Of a stretch of 64,000 nt of DNA, positions 1 through 10,490 are shown in pieces (positions within the stretch are counted from its first letter, which is position 1; the number at the start of each line of letters is the position of its first letter). Source of the stretch: Minisyncoccia bacterium (GTDB lineage Bacteria > Patescibacteriota > Minisyncoccia > Phycocordibacterales > JAKFXT01); assembly GCA_041485465.1 (NCBI GenBank), contig JBGPJO010000001.1, positions 29,017-93,016 of the forward strand, in the 5' to 3' direction. Below the pieces are notes generated by a model. That model saw only the letters and a program-made list of their open reading frames with translations. It was not told where the DNA came from and made no database searches. Made by a program: the position numbers and the translations under genes.

Positions 1-197
1 ACAATGCCCTTGTAGCGAATACCACGGTATTTACCGCAGTAACACTCATAATCCTTTTCCGGGCCGAAAATCTTTTCATCGAAAAGCCCCGCGCGCTCCG
101 GCCGCTGGGTGCGATAGTTGATGGTCTCGGGCTTCGTTACCTCACCGAAAGACCACTCTTTAATGCGCTCGGGTGAGGCAAGCTTTATGGTGACCAT
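1..197 (-). CDS. rpoC: DNA-directed RNA polymerase subunit beta' (N-terminal fragment; continues beyond window start)
   Basis: Reverse-strand translation from the ATG at 197 gives [65 protein letters not shown]. This matches the conserved beta' N-terminus ([16 protein letters not shown] ... zinc CxC motif). It lies immediately downstream of rpoB. Confidence 0.85.
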   Translation of the reverse strand, partial: MVTIKLASPERIKEWSFGEVTKPETINYRTQRPERAGLFDEKIFGPEKDYECYCGKYRGIRYKGI

Positions 198-213
198 ATC
201 AAAGTCGGTCGTA

Positions 214-3200
214 TTATCTCTCTTTTGTGCTTGAAGCATATTGTTTCATTATTAGTCCCGATCTTTTTTCTTCGACCCCTGTTTTTTTAAGCTCAACGTC
301 GAGGGAAAGTCCTCTTAAATTATTCAGGAGCACCTTAAATGAAGCTGGAATATTTGGCTGGTGAATGCGCTCCCCCTTGACGATTGCATCGAATGCCGCC
401 GAACGTCCCACGATGTCGTCCGATTTGATAGTAAGAATCTCCCGAAGGGTGTAGGCAACGCCGTAGCCAAGAAGCGCCCAGACTTCCATTTCTCCGAAAC
501 GCTGTCCCCCGCCTTGAGCTTTACCGCCGAGTGGCTGCTGGGTAATGAGGGAGTACGGCCCGATTGAACGCATGTGAATCTTGTCTTCAACCATGTGGTG
601 AAGCTTCATAATGTACATGTACCCGACGGCAATATCCCGCTCGAATTTTTCTCCGGTTCGCCCATCGTAGAGCGAAATTTTTCCCGATTCGGGGAAACCG
701 GCCTTTTTGAGCTCCTCTTTGATTTCCAGAACTGTAGCGCCGGCAAAAGGCGGAACGATTGCTTGATAGCCGAGCGTGTGTGCCGCAAGACCGAGATGCA
801 TTTCAAGAATCTGTCCGAGGTTCATGCGCGACGGAACGCCAAGCGGCGTCAAAACGACATCAACCGGCGTGCCATCTTCCATGTAGGGCATGTCTTCAGC
901 CGGAAGGATTTTTGAGATAACTCCTTTGTTACCGTGGCGTCCCGCAAGTTTGTCCCCAACAGAGACGTTTCGGAGCTCCGCCACTTCTATATAAATCTTT
1001 TTCATTATTCCGCTTTCAAGCTGGTCCCCACGCTCGCGGGAAAACACTTTAACGCCAATGACGCGGCCATACTTGCCATTCTCCATCCGCAAGCTCGTGT
1101 CTTTAACGTCACGCGCCTTATCTCCGAAAATTGAGCGCAAAAGCCGCTCTTCGGGGGTAAGCTGCGTCTCCCCTTTCGGAGTAATTTTTCCGACAAGAAT
1201 GTCTCCGGGGCGAACCTCCGCGCCGATTCTGATGATCCCATCCTCGTCGAGATTTTTGAGCTTGACCTCAGAAACATTCGGAATGTCGTGCGTTGTCACT
1301 TCAGGTCCTAATTTCGTATCGCGAACGGAAACCTCAAATTCCTCTATGTGGATGCTTGAAAGTTTATTGTCGCGAACAAGGCGCTCCGAGAGCACGATCG
1401 CATCTTCGTAATTAGAACCAAACCATGGTAAAAATGCGACGAGAAGGTTTTGGCCAAGCGCCATCTGGCCACCAGCGGATGAGGAGGTATCCGCCAAGAC
1501 AGCACCGCGCTTTATTTTGTCTCCGACCGAAACTGCCGGACGCTGATGAAAAGCGGTAAAACCGTTCGTCCGTGAAAAATTGATAAGCGTATATTCAGTC
1601 GTTGATTTTCCTTTGACGATAATCTTTCTGGCGTCAGCGTTGGTGACTTCACCCTCTTCTTTTGCGATGACGAGGCGTCCGGTATCACGCGCGGCATCTC
1701 CCTCAATGCCGGTTGCAACAAGCGGCGCCTCGGGAAGAAGGCAGGGAGTCGCTTGTTTCTGCATGTTTGATCCCATGAGAGAGCGGTTGGCGTCATCATG
1801 CTCGAGAAAAGGGATCATCGAGGTCGCGATTGAAAACGCCTGATTAGTATCAATATCTATGTAGTGAACTTCCTCTTTCTTTACCAACGCCGGATCCCCT
1901 TTATAGCGAACCTCAACTTCAGAAACAGTTATGGAGCCGCTCTCATCGGTCGGTGTTGCGGCATGAGCGATGTGGTATTGCTCTTCTTCAAGTGCGTTCA
2001 GATAGACAATCTCTTTGGTGACCTTGCCGTTTTTTACTTTGGCGTATGGTGTCTCAATTATGCCGAATTCATTGAGCTTGGCGTGCATCGACAAACGGAG
2101 GATCAGTCCGATATTCGGACCTTCAGGTGTATGGATGGGACAAAGCCTTCCGTAATGGGAAGGGTGAACATCGCGCACTTCAAAACCGGCACGCTCGCGG
2201 GTAAGTCCGCCTGGCCCCAGGGCGGAGAGTGTCCGCAGGCTCTCGATTTCTTCGAGAATGTTTGTCTGGGGCATGAACTGGGACAGCTGGTTCGTGGTAA
2301 AAAATTCTTTTATCCCCGCTTGAAAGGGACGCGGATTCATAAACTGAATGGGGAGTGTCGCGTCGGTATCAATCGTCGACATGCGATCCTGGATATTACG
2401 CTTCATGCGGGCCATACCGACACGCATTTTCTGCTGAAGCATTTCGCCGACATAGCGAACACGGCGGCTGCCGAGGTGGTCTATGTCATCCGGCAGTGAT
2501 CCGGGAGTCGTGTTCAAGTAAACAATATTCTCAAGAATTGAGGCGAGGTCAGATAATGAAAGAGTCCTCACGGCAAGAGCTTTTTCGTCAAGCGGAAAAC
2601 CGAAGCGTTTATTAAAACGAAACCGTCCCACTCGGGAAAGATCGTAGCGATCGGGTTCAAAAATCGAATTGACAAAATTACGAGCGTTTTCAACGGTTGC
2701 AAGGTCCCCGTCACGCATCCGCTTGTAGATTTCGATATATGAATCATCCTTTGTCTTTGCCGTATCCTTTGCAAGAGAAAGCTCGAGTGCTTTTTTAAAA
2801 GCGTCATTCCCCTTCGCTATTTTTAAAATTTCGGTATCGGTTTCCGCTCCTCTCACTCGAAGAAGAGAAACTATGGGAAACTTCCTTTTCCGGTCAACCC
2901 GAACGTAGAGCGCTCCGTCCGGTTCGGAATCAATCTCAATCCAAGCACCCCTTTGGGGGATTATTCGCGCCCCGAAATATTCTTTACCCTTAGTTTCCTC
3001 GGTTGTAAAAAAGACCCCGAAGGAGCGCGCAAGCTGGGGTACAATAACGCGCTCGACACCGTTTATGATGAAGGTGCCGTGATCGGTCATAAGCGGAAAA
3101 TCAGTCATGAAAATTTCTTGCTCTTTGACCGAGTTCTGGGCCTTGTTTTTAAGCTTAACCATTGCGCGAAGCGGCGCCTCGTACGAGAGTTTATTTTCCT

Positions 3201-3435
3201 TAGCGTAGTGCTCGTCGTATTTCGGTACACCGAGCTCGAAAGAAACAAACTCAAGATCAAATTTCTTTTCGGAATAATCACGAATCGGGGAAAATTCCTT
3301 GAAGATCTCTTTGAGGCCATCTTTCATGAGTGCGGTGAAAGAGACCATCTGTGATTCGACGAGGTTTGGAAGCTCGGCAAGCGGCTTCTTGAATCGGCTG
3401 AAATATTTTTTAGGAAGCGTTTTAGTATGGGGCAT
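214..3435 (-). CDS. rpoB: DNA-directed RNA polymerase subunit beta
   Basis: 1073-aa ORF with typical RpoB blocks throughout. Canonical rpoB-rpoC order. Confidence 0.95.
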   Translation of the reverse strand: MPHTKTLPKKYFSRFKKPLAELPNLVESQMVSFTALMKDGLKEIFKEFSPIRDYSEKKFDLEFVSFELGVPKYDEHYAKENKLSYEAPLRAMVKLKNKAQNSVKEQEIFMTDFPLMTDHGTFIINGVERVIVPQLARSFGVFFTTEETKGKEYFGARIIPQRGAWIEIDSEPDGALYVRVDRKRKFPIVSLLRVRGAETDTEILKIAKGNDAFKKALELSLAKDTAKTKDDSYIEIYKRMRDGDLATVENARNFVNSIFEPDRYDLSRVGRFRFNKRFGFPLDEKALAVRTLSLSDLASILENIVYLNTTPGSLPDDIDHLGSRRVRYVGEMLQQKMRVGMARMKRNIQDRMSTIDTDATLPIQFMNPRPFQAGIKEFFTTNQLSQFMPQTNILEEIESLRTLSALGPGGLTRERAGFEVRDVHPSHYGRLCPIHTPEGPNIGLILRLSMHAKLNEFGIIETPYAKVKNGKVTKEIVYLNALEEEQYHIAHAATPTDESGSITVSEVEVRYKGDPALVKKEEVHYIDIDTNQAFSIATSMIPFLEHDDANRSLMGSNMQKQATPCLLPEAPLVATGIEGDAARDTGRLVIAKEEGEVTNADARKIIVKGKSTTEYTLINFSRTNGFTAFHQRPAVSVGDKIKRGAVLADTSSSAGGQMALGQNLLVAFLPWFGSNYEDAIVLSERLVRDNKLSSIHIEEFEVSVRDTKLGPEVTTHDIPNVSEVKLKNLDEDGIIRIGAEVRPGDILVGKITPKGETQLTPEERLLRSIFGDKARDVKDTSLRMENGKYGRVIGVKVFSRERGDQLESGIMKKIYIEVAELRNVSVGDKLAGRHGNKGVISKILPAEDMPYMEDGTPVDVVLTPLGVPSRMNLGQILEMHLGLAAHTLGYQAIVPPFAGATVLEIKEELKKAGFPESGKISLYDGRTGEKFERDIAVGYMYIMKLHHMVEDKIHMRSIGPYSLITQQPLGGKAQGGGQRFGEMEVWALLGYGVAYTLREILTIKSDDIVGRSAAFDAIVKGERIHQPNIPASFKVLLNNLRGLSLDVELKKTGVEEKRSGLIMKQYASSTKER

Positions 3436-3640
3436 GAGGATGGTGCCTTAGCTAAGCTTATAAACGCAAAAAGACAAAAAGATAACAGTCCCTACTTCAG
3501 TTCGGGTGTTTCTCGGGTCTTTGAAAAACTAATCTGCTTGAGTAAGCAAATAGGTACCTACGTACACTTAATACTAAAAACCTCTACAGCAGTAACACAA
3601 TCAAAAGGTTATCCCCATGATAGCAGACCTGTTTTTTATG

Positions 3641-4291
3641 TCAAGATTTTTTTATCTCCTTCTTCCACTGCTCTATCTTTTTATGGTCACCAGAGAGAAG
3701 GACTTTCGGGACTGTATACGATTTCCCTTTGTACATGAGATTTTCCGGGCGTGTATACACTTCAGGGCTTGCGGTACGCTCTTCTTCCCGTGAATTAAAG
3801 TTCCCCAGGACCCCCTTACGCTGGCGGGATACAGCATCAATGACAATCGCGGCGGGAATTTCTCCGCCGGTTAAAATGTAGGGGCCAATCGAAACCTCCT
3901 CGGCTTTAATAATTTTTTTGACTCTTCCGTCTATTCCTTCGTAGCGTCCGGCAATGAGAATGATGTCGGCGTAACGCTTCGAGAGAGCTTTTGCGTATTC
4001 ATTCGTAAACTGCTTCCCTGTCGGCGAAAAAAGGATGACTTTCGCGTCGCGTCTTCCTTTGAGAGCTTTTTCCGCCGCTTTGACTATCGGAAGTGCTTGA
4101 AGCACCATGCCGGGACCGCCACCGTAGGGTTTGCCATCAATATAAGCGACTTTCTTTTTTGCGAATTTCCTCGGGTCGTAATACGAAACTTTAATTTTCT
4201 TTTGACCGCGGGCACGGCCGATAATGGACGTATTTATGTATGATTCGATCGCGTCTTTAAAAAGAGTAACAACGTGAAAATGCATAGACAT
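3641..4291 (-). CDS. trmD: tRNA (guanine37-N1)-methyltransferase
   Basis: TrmD core motifs present. Start trimmed to MSMHFHVV (ATG at 4291); the upstream in-frame extension in the ORF track is not TrmD-like. Confidence 0.85.
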   Translation of the reverse strand: MSMHFHVVTLFKDAIESYINTSIIGRARGQKKIKVSYYDPRKFAKKKVAYIDGKPYGGGPGMVLQALPIVKAAEKALKGRRDAKVILFSPTGKQFTNEYAKALSKRYADIILIAGRYEGIDGRVKKIIKAEEVSIGPYILTGGEIPAAIVIDAVSRQRKGVLGNFNSREEERTASPEVYTRPENLMYKGKSYTVPKVLLSGDHKKIEQWKKEIKKS

Positions 4292-4409
4292 GGTGTATCT
4301 ATAAAAATCAAAAATTGCTTTTGAGGAACCTCGGAAAGCCGGGTGGCGCAAGTGGAGAAATTTGCCGAGAGGCAAATATTCTTGTCCTTCAAAAGCAATT
4401 TCGAATCTA

Positions 4410-4724
4410 CTAGATCTTGAGATCCTCCATCGCTTCCTCAACCGATTTCATGGCGGGACTCGAGGTGGTTACCTCTTTGCCTTCCGGTTCACTGATCTTC
4501 AGATTGACCCTGGCGTTATTCTTCATGCCGACGACGCGAAGTAGGGTGCGGATTGCTTTTGCGGTATTACCGGCGCGCCCAATCACTTTGCCCATATCCG
4601 CCGGACTGACATCAAGAGTAAGGAGTACTCCCATCTCATCGACGGTTCTTTTAATTTTGACATCGTTCGGATTGTCGACCAATGCTTTTATGACATACTC
4701 AAGAAATACGGTATCGCCTTCCAT
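4410..4724 (-). CDS. KH-domain RNA-binding protein (KhpA/YlqC-like)
   Basis: GKVIGRAGNTAKAIR-type KH GXXG loop. Occupies the typical position between rpsP and trmD. Confidence 0.7.
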   Translation of the reverse strand: MEGDTVFLEYVIKALVDNPNDVKIKRTVDEMGVLLTLDVSPADMGKVIGRAGNTAKAIRTLLRVVGMKNNARVNLKISEPEGKEVTTSSPAMKSVEEAMEDLKI

Positions 4725-4829
4725 ACGTTTCAGGATAAATTATAAGACGGAAAAAGTGACTGACTTTTTCCAAAAAACATTATACAAAAAAGAAAAGAGG
4801 GGGTCAATGGTGGCGTTTCAAGCCTTACA

Positions 4830-5246
4830 TTACTTCTTCAGTTCTTCCGTTGCTTCCGCTTCCACTTCTTTTGTTATACCATCCTCAACTACCTCTTCCT
4901 CAGCTTTTATTTCTTCGGAAGTGCTTTGTATCACTCCGGTCTCCCCCGCTTTCTCTCCTTCTTCTTTCTTCGGAGGAGATTTTCTCGGTAACACGTTGAT
5001 TTTCTTGCCGGAAATTATTTTTTGACTAATAAGAAGATTGTGGACGGTGTCAGAAACTTTTGCCCCTTTCCCCATCCATGTTTTGATCTTATCGGCATTG
5101 AATTCTGATTTATTGCTTCTCGGATCGTACGAGCCAAGGATATCCAAAAATCGCCCACTCTTTGTCGAGTTAGTCGATTCGGTAAGCACGAGCCGGAATG
5201 TCGGTTCATGCGTTCTTCCAACGCGCTGTAGTCTGATCATAAGCAT
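4830..5246 (-). CDS. rpsP: 30S ribosomal protein S16 with K/E-rich C-terminal extension
   Basis: MLMIRLQRVGRTHEPTFRLVLTE...GSYDPRS matches the S16 N-terminus. Start trimmed from the longer ORF to MLMIRLQ. Confidence 0.8.
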   Translation of the reverse strand: MLMIRLQRVGRTHEPTFRLVLTESTNSTKSGRFLDILGSYDPRSNKSEFNADKIKTWMGKGAKVSDTVHNLLISQKIISGKKINVLPRKSPPKKEEGEKAGETGVIQSTSEEIKAEEEVVEDGITKEVEAEATEELKK

Positions 5247-5341
5247 GCGCAAGAGCGTAACAGAAGAGCCGTCTCCCGTCAATATTATTTTCATAAAGCT
5301 TTTTAGTTGGAAAGGTTTTCCATGCGTGGTAACGTAGGACG

Positions 5342-7303
5342 ATGCAAAAAAGAAGAGAGCGAAACGAAAGAAAAGAAGACGCCGTATACCATTCGGATTT
5401 AAAGACATATGAAGGCACCATCAGCATCACCTCGCGTGGTGTTGGGTACGTCTCAACGGAGAGCTTGAAGGAGGATATTGAGGTCCCTACAGGGCAAACG
5501 GGTTTTGCCCTCAATCGCGATACCGTCCTAATCTCCGTCTTCCCTGGAAGACGCGTGGGGCGACTTCAGGGCAAGATTCTTAAGGTAATCAAACGGGATC
5601 GGACCCGTTTTGTCGGTACTGCCTCTCTTGAAAACGGAAAAACATTCATTGTTCCGGACAATAAGAGAATACACGTTGATTTTTTGCCTCAAGAGAATGT
5701 TACTCCTGGGGAAAAGGTGCTTTTTGAAATCGCTTCATGGGAAAAACCAAAAGATGCGCCCCTAGCAAAGATTATTAAGGTGATCGGCAAAAAGGGAGTG
5801 AACGACGTTGAAATGGAAGCGATTGTGCTTGAGCGCGGTTTCAACGCAACCTTCGAGCCTGAACTAGTGAGTGAGGCGGAAGCAATTCGGGAAAAGGCGA
5901 AAAAAGAATTCGAGGAAGAAATACGGAAACGAAGGGACCTGCGGGACCTGAAGACCTGCACCATTGATCCTGAAGATGCCAAAGACTTCGACGACGCGTT
6001 GTCATTTCAGAAGCTTCCAAACGGAAATTTTGAAATAGGCATCCACATTGCCGATGTCTCCCACTACATCCGCCCGAAGACCATGCTTGATACGGAAGCC
6101 CAAAAACGTGGTGTTTCAATCTACCTTGTCGATCGAACTATCCCGATGCTTCCGGAGGCGCTTTCAAACGACTTATGTAGTTTAAATCCGAATGAAGACA
6201 AATTCGCTTTTTCCGCAATCTTTGAAATGGATACGAAAGGAGTGGTCTTGAAGAGATGGCTCGGTAAATCGGTCATACGCTCCGATAAACGTTTTTCTTA
6301 CGAGGAAGCTCAGAGCGTGCTTGAAAGCGGGGAAGGCGTGTTTAGAGAAGAGTTAGCAACACTTAACATGCTTGCAAAACAATTAATGGCAGAACGCTCC
6401 AGAGAAGGGGCGATATCCTTCGAACAGGACGAGGTCAAGTTTGAGCTTGATCACGAGGGCTTTCCGGTGCGGGTTTTCCGTAAAGTACGAAAGGATGCCC
6501 ACAAGCTCATTGAGGAATTTATGCTTCTCGCCAATCGAGAAGTGGCAACGTTCGTCACCAATCTCCATAAACAGAAAAAAATCAATCCTCTTTTTGTTTA
6601 TCGGATCCACGACTATCCTGACCCCGAAAAAATTACCGAGCTCGGCATATTCCTCAAAGCAGTCGGTTATGAACTTGAAACTAAGAAAGGTCAGGTGCGG
6701 GCGAAAGATTTAAATGCCTTATTTAAGCATATCGAAGGCGAGGCCGAAGAAGGAATCATCAAAACTGCCGCCATCCGCTCGATGGCAAAAGCCATTTATT
6801 CGACAAAAAATATCGGCCACTTTGGTTTGGGTTTCGAATACTATACCCATTTCACTTCACCGATCAGACGCTATGCGGACGTTTTGGTTCACCGCCTGCT
6901 TTACTCTTATCTCAACAAAGAAAGCGTTTCCGAAAAAGAATTCGCTTTTTACGAGAGGATGAGTAGAGAAGTGACCGAATGCGAAATAAGAGCGGCGGGA
7001 GCTGAGCGTGATTCGATCAAATTGAAACAAGTTGAATACATGGCAAAGAGGGTTGGAGAAGTATTCGACGGTATCATTTCGGGAGTGACCGACTGGGGGA
7101 TGTATGTTGAAGAAAAAGAAACGAAATGCGAAGGGATGATAAAAGTCCGTGATCTTAGCAGCGATTATTTCACCCTTGACCAAAAGAATTATTGCCTTGT
7201 TGGTGAGAAAACGAAGAAAAAATATTCTCTGGGAGATTCAATACGATTTAAGGTGATTGCGGCTGACCCCGAACGGAAGACGCTTGATTATGCCCTTGTT
7301 TAA
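5342..7303 (+). CDS. rnr: Ribonuclease R (RNB-family 3'-5' exoribonuclease)
   Basis: Cold-shock/S1-like N-terminus and RNB catalytic region, including the TIDPEDAKDFDDAL motif. Confidence 0.85.
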   Translation: MQKRRERNERKEDAVYHSDLKTYEGTISITSRGVGYVSTESLKEDIEVPTGQTGFALNRDTVLISVFPGRRVGRLQGKILKVIKRDRTRFVGTASLENGKTFIVPDNKRIHVDFLPQENVTPGEKVLFEIASWEKPKDAPLAKIIKVIGKKGVNDVEMEAIVLERGFNATFEPELVSEAEAIREKAKKEFEEEIRKRRDLRDLKTCTIDPEDAKDFDDALSFQKLPNGNFEIGIHIADVSHYIRPKTMLDTEAQKRGVSIYLVDRTIPMLPEALSNDLCSLNPNEDKFAFSAIFEMDTKGVVLKRWLGKSVIRSDKRFSYEEAQSVLESGEGVFREELATLNMLAKQLMAERSREGAISFEQDEVKFELDHEGFPVRVFRKVRKDAHKLIEEFMLLANREVATFVTNLHKQKKINPLFVYRIHDYPDPEKITELGIFLKAVGYELETKKGQVRAKDLNALFKHIEGEAEEGIIKTAAIRSMAKAIYSTKNIGHFGLGFEYYTHFTSPIRRYADVLVHRLLYSYLNKESVSEKEFAFYERMSREVTECEIRAAGAERDSIKLKQVEYMAKRVGEVFDGIISGVTDWGMYVEEKETKCEGMIKVRDLSSDYFTLDQKNYCLVGEKTKKKYSLGDSIRFKVIAADPERKTLDYALV

Positions 7304-7314
7304 AATACTCAAAT

Positions 7315-9570
7315 TTATTTCGCAACGGCAAGGGCTTCTTCAAATTTGACTGAGAGTAATTTAGAAATCCCGTTTGCCCCCATCGTCACGCCATAGAGAA
7401 TCCCCGCCCGACTCATTGTTTCGCGATTATGGGTAATCAAAATAAGCTGGGAGTATTTAGAAAGGTTCTCGATCATATCCCCATACTTCTTTGAATTAGC
7501 TTCGTCAAGCGCCGCATCAGTCTCGTCGAGAATGATAAATGGCGGCGGATTGACCTGAGAAATCGCAAAAAGAAGGGCGATAGAGGTAAGAGCGCGTTCT
7601 CCGCCGGAGAGCATCTGAAGCCCCTTGATTCGCTTATTCGGCAAGGAGACGGAAATATCTATTCCCTCTTCAATTTCCACCTCCTCCTCATCCTCCATCT
7701 CCTCGATCCCTTGAAGCTCCGTAAGTCGCCGTTTTCTCACTTCCCGCTCGGCAAGGGAAAGGGACGCTTGACCGCCGCCAAACATAAGCGTAAAGAATTT
7801 TTCAAATTCTGCATTGATCTTCTTGAGCCCTGTATTGAATTCGATATCAAGTTTTTCGGAGAGATTTTTTATAAGACCTTGAAGACTCTCGGCTGAAGTT
7901 TTGAGGTCCTCTATTTCTTTCGATAAAAAGAGATCACGTTTAACAACATCATCAAATTCCTTAAGAACCTCCTCTCCGCCCGCGCCACCCGCCTCCTCAA
8001 GCCGAATCTTAATTTTTTCGAGTTTTTTTCTGCGCCCCTCTTGTTCACTCCGCGGCTCTTCAAGAAAATCTTTTGGTAACGCGAGGTCGTTATAATGAAG
8101 AACCGGTTGACCAAGAAGAGTGACTGCTTCCTCGAGCTCCTCCTTAAACGCCCCCTCCTCACGATTTATCTGGTCGGCTCGAGAAGAGAGGTTGTTTAAG
8201 ATTCCAACAAGCTCCGTTCTTCGATTCATAAGCGTAAACATTTCGCGCTCCGCCTCTCTTCCTCTTTGCCTTCCTTCTTCAATTGAAAATTTTACCGATT
8301 CATAGCGTTTCTTGGTGACAGATTCATTTTCCTCGAACGCCCCTTCCTTTTTTTGAAGTGTTTCTTTTTGCTCTTGTAACTTTGCGATTTCAGCACTAAT
8401 TTCTTTTACGGCCTTAAGAGCCTCCTCGTTTGTTTTTTTTGACGTTACAAAATCTTTAAGAAGAGCGAGCAATTCTCCAATAAGACCGCGAAGAGTGGAA
8501 ACCTCCTCTTCTTTAAGCGCTTTCGCTAAAATTTTTTCTCCCTCTTCACGTAAATTCTCAATTTCAGAGAGATCGACAGCAACCGCTTTCGCTGTTTTTG
8601 CCTCATTCTCCGCTCTCAAAAGTGCTCTCTCCTCTCCAGAGATCATTCCGTCAAGACGACTTATTTCACGACGCGCCTCTTCGAGAGCTTCCCCAGCTTT
8701 CCGAAGCTCTCCCTCGACCTCAATCAGTTCTTTGCTTTTTTTATCAGCGCTCTCCGATTCGGCAAGAATTTTTTTGACTTCATCGAGGCGCCTTTCTATT
8801 TTTTCTTTTTCAGATGTCGGCGTCTTCCCCTCTTCGTCAAATTTTTTCTTTAGATCGGCAAGGTACAATTCTTCGCGCTTCAGATAATTGTGGTAGAGCT
8901 CACTGAGTTCTTCCCGCAAGCTCTCGGCTTTTTTGACTTTTTCGACTTGTTTTTCAAGAAATTTTATGTGCGGCGCGATTTCTTTCCGAAGACCGTTAAC
9001 CTCCCTGATATTTTCCATCGTCTTTTCAAGTTTGCGCTCGCTCTCCTCGCGTTTATAGTGATAGATTTTAAGTCCGAGCGCGTCCTCGATCATTTCTTTG
9101 CGTTCTTTAATTGAGGCGTTCAGTATCCGATCAGCTTCACCCTGGGAGATGATGTGGTGACCAGAAGCGCCAATGTTCGCAGCAGCTAGAAGTTCAAGTA
9201 CGTCTTTAAGCCTGACCTTGCTTCCATTTAAGAGATATTCATTGGCGCCATCACGATAGACCACACGCTCGATCGTAACTTCCGGAAAATCAATAGTAAA
9301 AATTTTTCTGCTGTTATCGAACGTAAGACGCACCCCCGCCCGGCTCAAATTACCGGAAGTCTTTGAGCCGCTAAAAATAAGATCCTCGCCACGTTTTCCC
9401 CGCATGCTCTTAATCGATTGTTCACCTAAAACAAAACTAAAGGCTTCGGCGACGTTTGATTTACCGGAGCCGTTCGGACCAACAATCGCAACAATGGGCG
9501 AGCTAAATTCAAGCTCGCTTTTTTCCGCAAAAGATTTGAAACCGTTTATCTCGAGAGATTTGAGATACAT
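7315..9570 (-). CDS. smc: SMC-family chromosome segregation ATPase, short form apparently without hinge domain
   Basis: N-terminal Walker A (MYLKSLEINGFKSF...GPNGSGKSN), C-terminal ABC signature/Walker B (LSGGERALTSIALLFA...ILDETDAALD) and long coiled coil. No glycine-rich hinge motif seen in the 751-aa protein. Confidence 0.7.
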   Translation of the reverse strand: MYLKSLEINGFKSFAEKSELEFSSPIVAIVGPNGSGKSNVAEAFSFVLGEQSIKSMRGKRGEDLIFSGSKTSGNLSRAGVRLTFDNSRKIFTIDFPEVTIERVVYRDGANEYLLNGSKVRLKDVLELLAAANIGASGHHIISQGEADRILNASIKERKEMIEDALGLKIYHYKREESERKLEKTMENIREVNGLRKEIAPHIKFLEKQVEKVKKAESLREELSELYHNYLKREELYLADLKKKFDEEGKTPTSEKEKIERRLDEVKKILAESESADKKSKELIEVEGELRKAGEALEEARREISRLDGMISGEERALLRAENEAKTAKAVAVDLSEIENLREEGEKILAKALKEEEVSTLRGLIGELLALLKDFVTSKKTNEEALKAVKEISAEIAKLQEQKETLQKKEGAFEENESVTKKRYESVKFSIEEGRQRGREAEREMFTLMNRRTELVGILNNLSSRADQINREEGAFKEELEEAVTLLGQPVLHYNDLALPKDFLEEPRSEQEGRRKKLEKIKIRLEEAGGAGGEEVLKEFDDVVKRDLFLSKEIEDLKTSAESLQGLIKNLSEKLDIEFNTGLKKINAEFEKFFTLMFGGGQASLSLAEREVRKRRLTELQGIEEMEDEEEVEIEEGIDISVSLPNKRIKGLQMLSGGERALTSIALLFAISQVNPPPFIILDETDAALDEANSKKYGDMIENLSKYSQLILITHNRETMSRAGILYGVTMGANGISKLLSVKFEEALAVAK

Positions 9571-9676
9571 GAAAGAATATAAAAAATTTTACCACGAGCG
9601 GTAAGAAATTGCTTTCGGAGTAAAATCATCACTGAGTGATTTTTGAGTATGTTTCCGAAATGCCAAGCTAAGCGCC

Positions 9677-10372
9677 CTACATCCACCCCTTTTTTTCAAG
9701 GGCGTTTCGTGCCGCAGATTGCTCCGCTTCCTGCTTTGAGCGGCCTTCGCCCTCCGCAACCAACTCGTCATTCAAGAAAACCGCGACAGTAAAGTATTTG
9801 TCATGATCCGGCCCGACTCCCGACATGGTGCGGTAAGAAGGAGTAACCCCAAGCTCATCCTGAACCCGTTCCTGAAAATGACTTTTAGCGTCAAGCCAAA
9901 GCTTTTCATTAACGATCGTATCGGTGAGCGGAAAAAGCGTCTCGGTTATGAAGTGACGCGCCACAGTATATCCTTGGTCAAGAAAAATCGCCCCAACGAG
10001 CGCTTCGAAGGTATTGGCGAGAATATATTGCCTCGCGCGACCCGTGTCCTTTGATTCGCCCTTTGAGAGAAGCAGAAATTTTTCCATACCGAGCTTACTT
10101 GAAATTTCAGCAAGCGTGTTCGCGTTCACTAATGCAGAGCGGTATGAAGTTAAATCGCCTTCCGACCTATCCGGATACTTTTCATAGAGATATTCGGTCG
10201 TAATCAATTCTAAAACAGCATCTCCTAAAAATTCGAGGCGCTCGTTATGCTCAAGCTTCATCCGCTTGTGTTCATTGATGTAGGAGCGGTGGGTAAAAGC
10301 CTGAACAAGCAATTTTTTGTTTCTAAAATGAAGGCCTATGATTCTTTCGAATTGGCCGAAATCTACTGGCAT
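9677..10372 (-). CDS. rnc: Ribonuclease III
   Basis: RNase III signature ERLEFLGDAVL plus a C-terminal dsRBD. Confidence 0.9.
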   Translation of the reverse strand: MPVDFGQFERIIGLHFRNKKLLVQAFTHRSYINEHKRMKLEHNERLEFLGDAVLELITTEYLYEKYPDRSEGDLTSYRSALVNANTLAEISSKLGMEKFLLLSKGESKDTGRARQYILANTFEALVGAIFLDQGYTVARHFITETLFPLTDTIVNEKLWLDAKSHFQERVQDELGVTPSYRTMSGVGPDHDKYFTVAVFLNDELVAEGEGRSKQEAEQSAARNALEKKGWM

Positions 10373-10490
10373 ATGGTCTATGCCTAGAAAACAAAGCCCA
10401 ACTCACCATGCGCGCTCTAAGCTTTGTATTCTAGTCGTATCAATTAGCTTATACTCCCGCTTTTTAGCATAGAAAAGAAGATAGGGCAAT

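Noticed and set aside
3436-3640. Possible rplL/rplJ leader or ncRNA upstream of rpoB
   Set aside because: The stretch is AT-rich promoter-like sequence. I could see no conserved structure or ORF. It is most simply the rpoB promoter/5' UTR.
8495-8887. Ser-rich 130-aa plus-strand ORF
   Set aside because: It is antisense within the smc coiled-coil region (GAA/GAG-rich) and is a low-complexity artefact. The same applies to the other short ORFs nested inside rpoB, dnaE, gyrB, pheT and copB.
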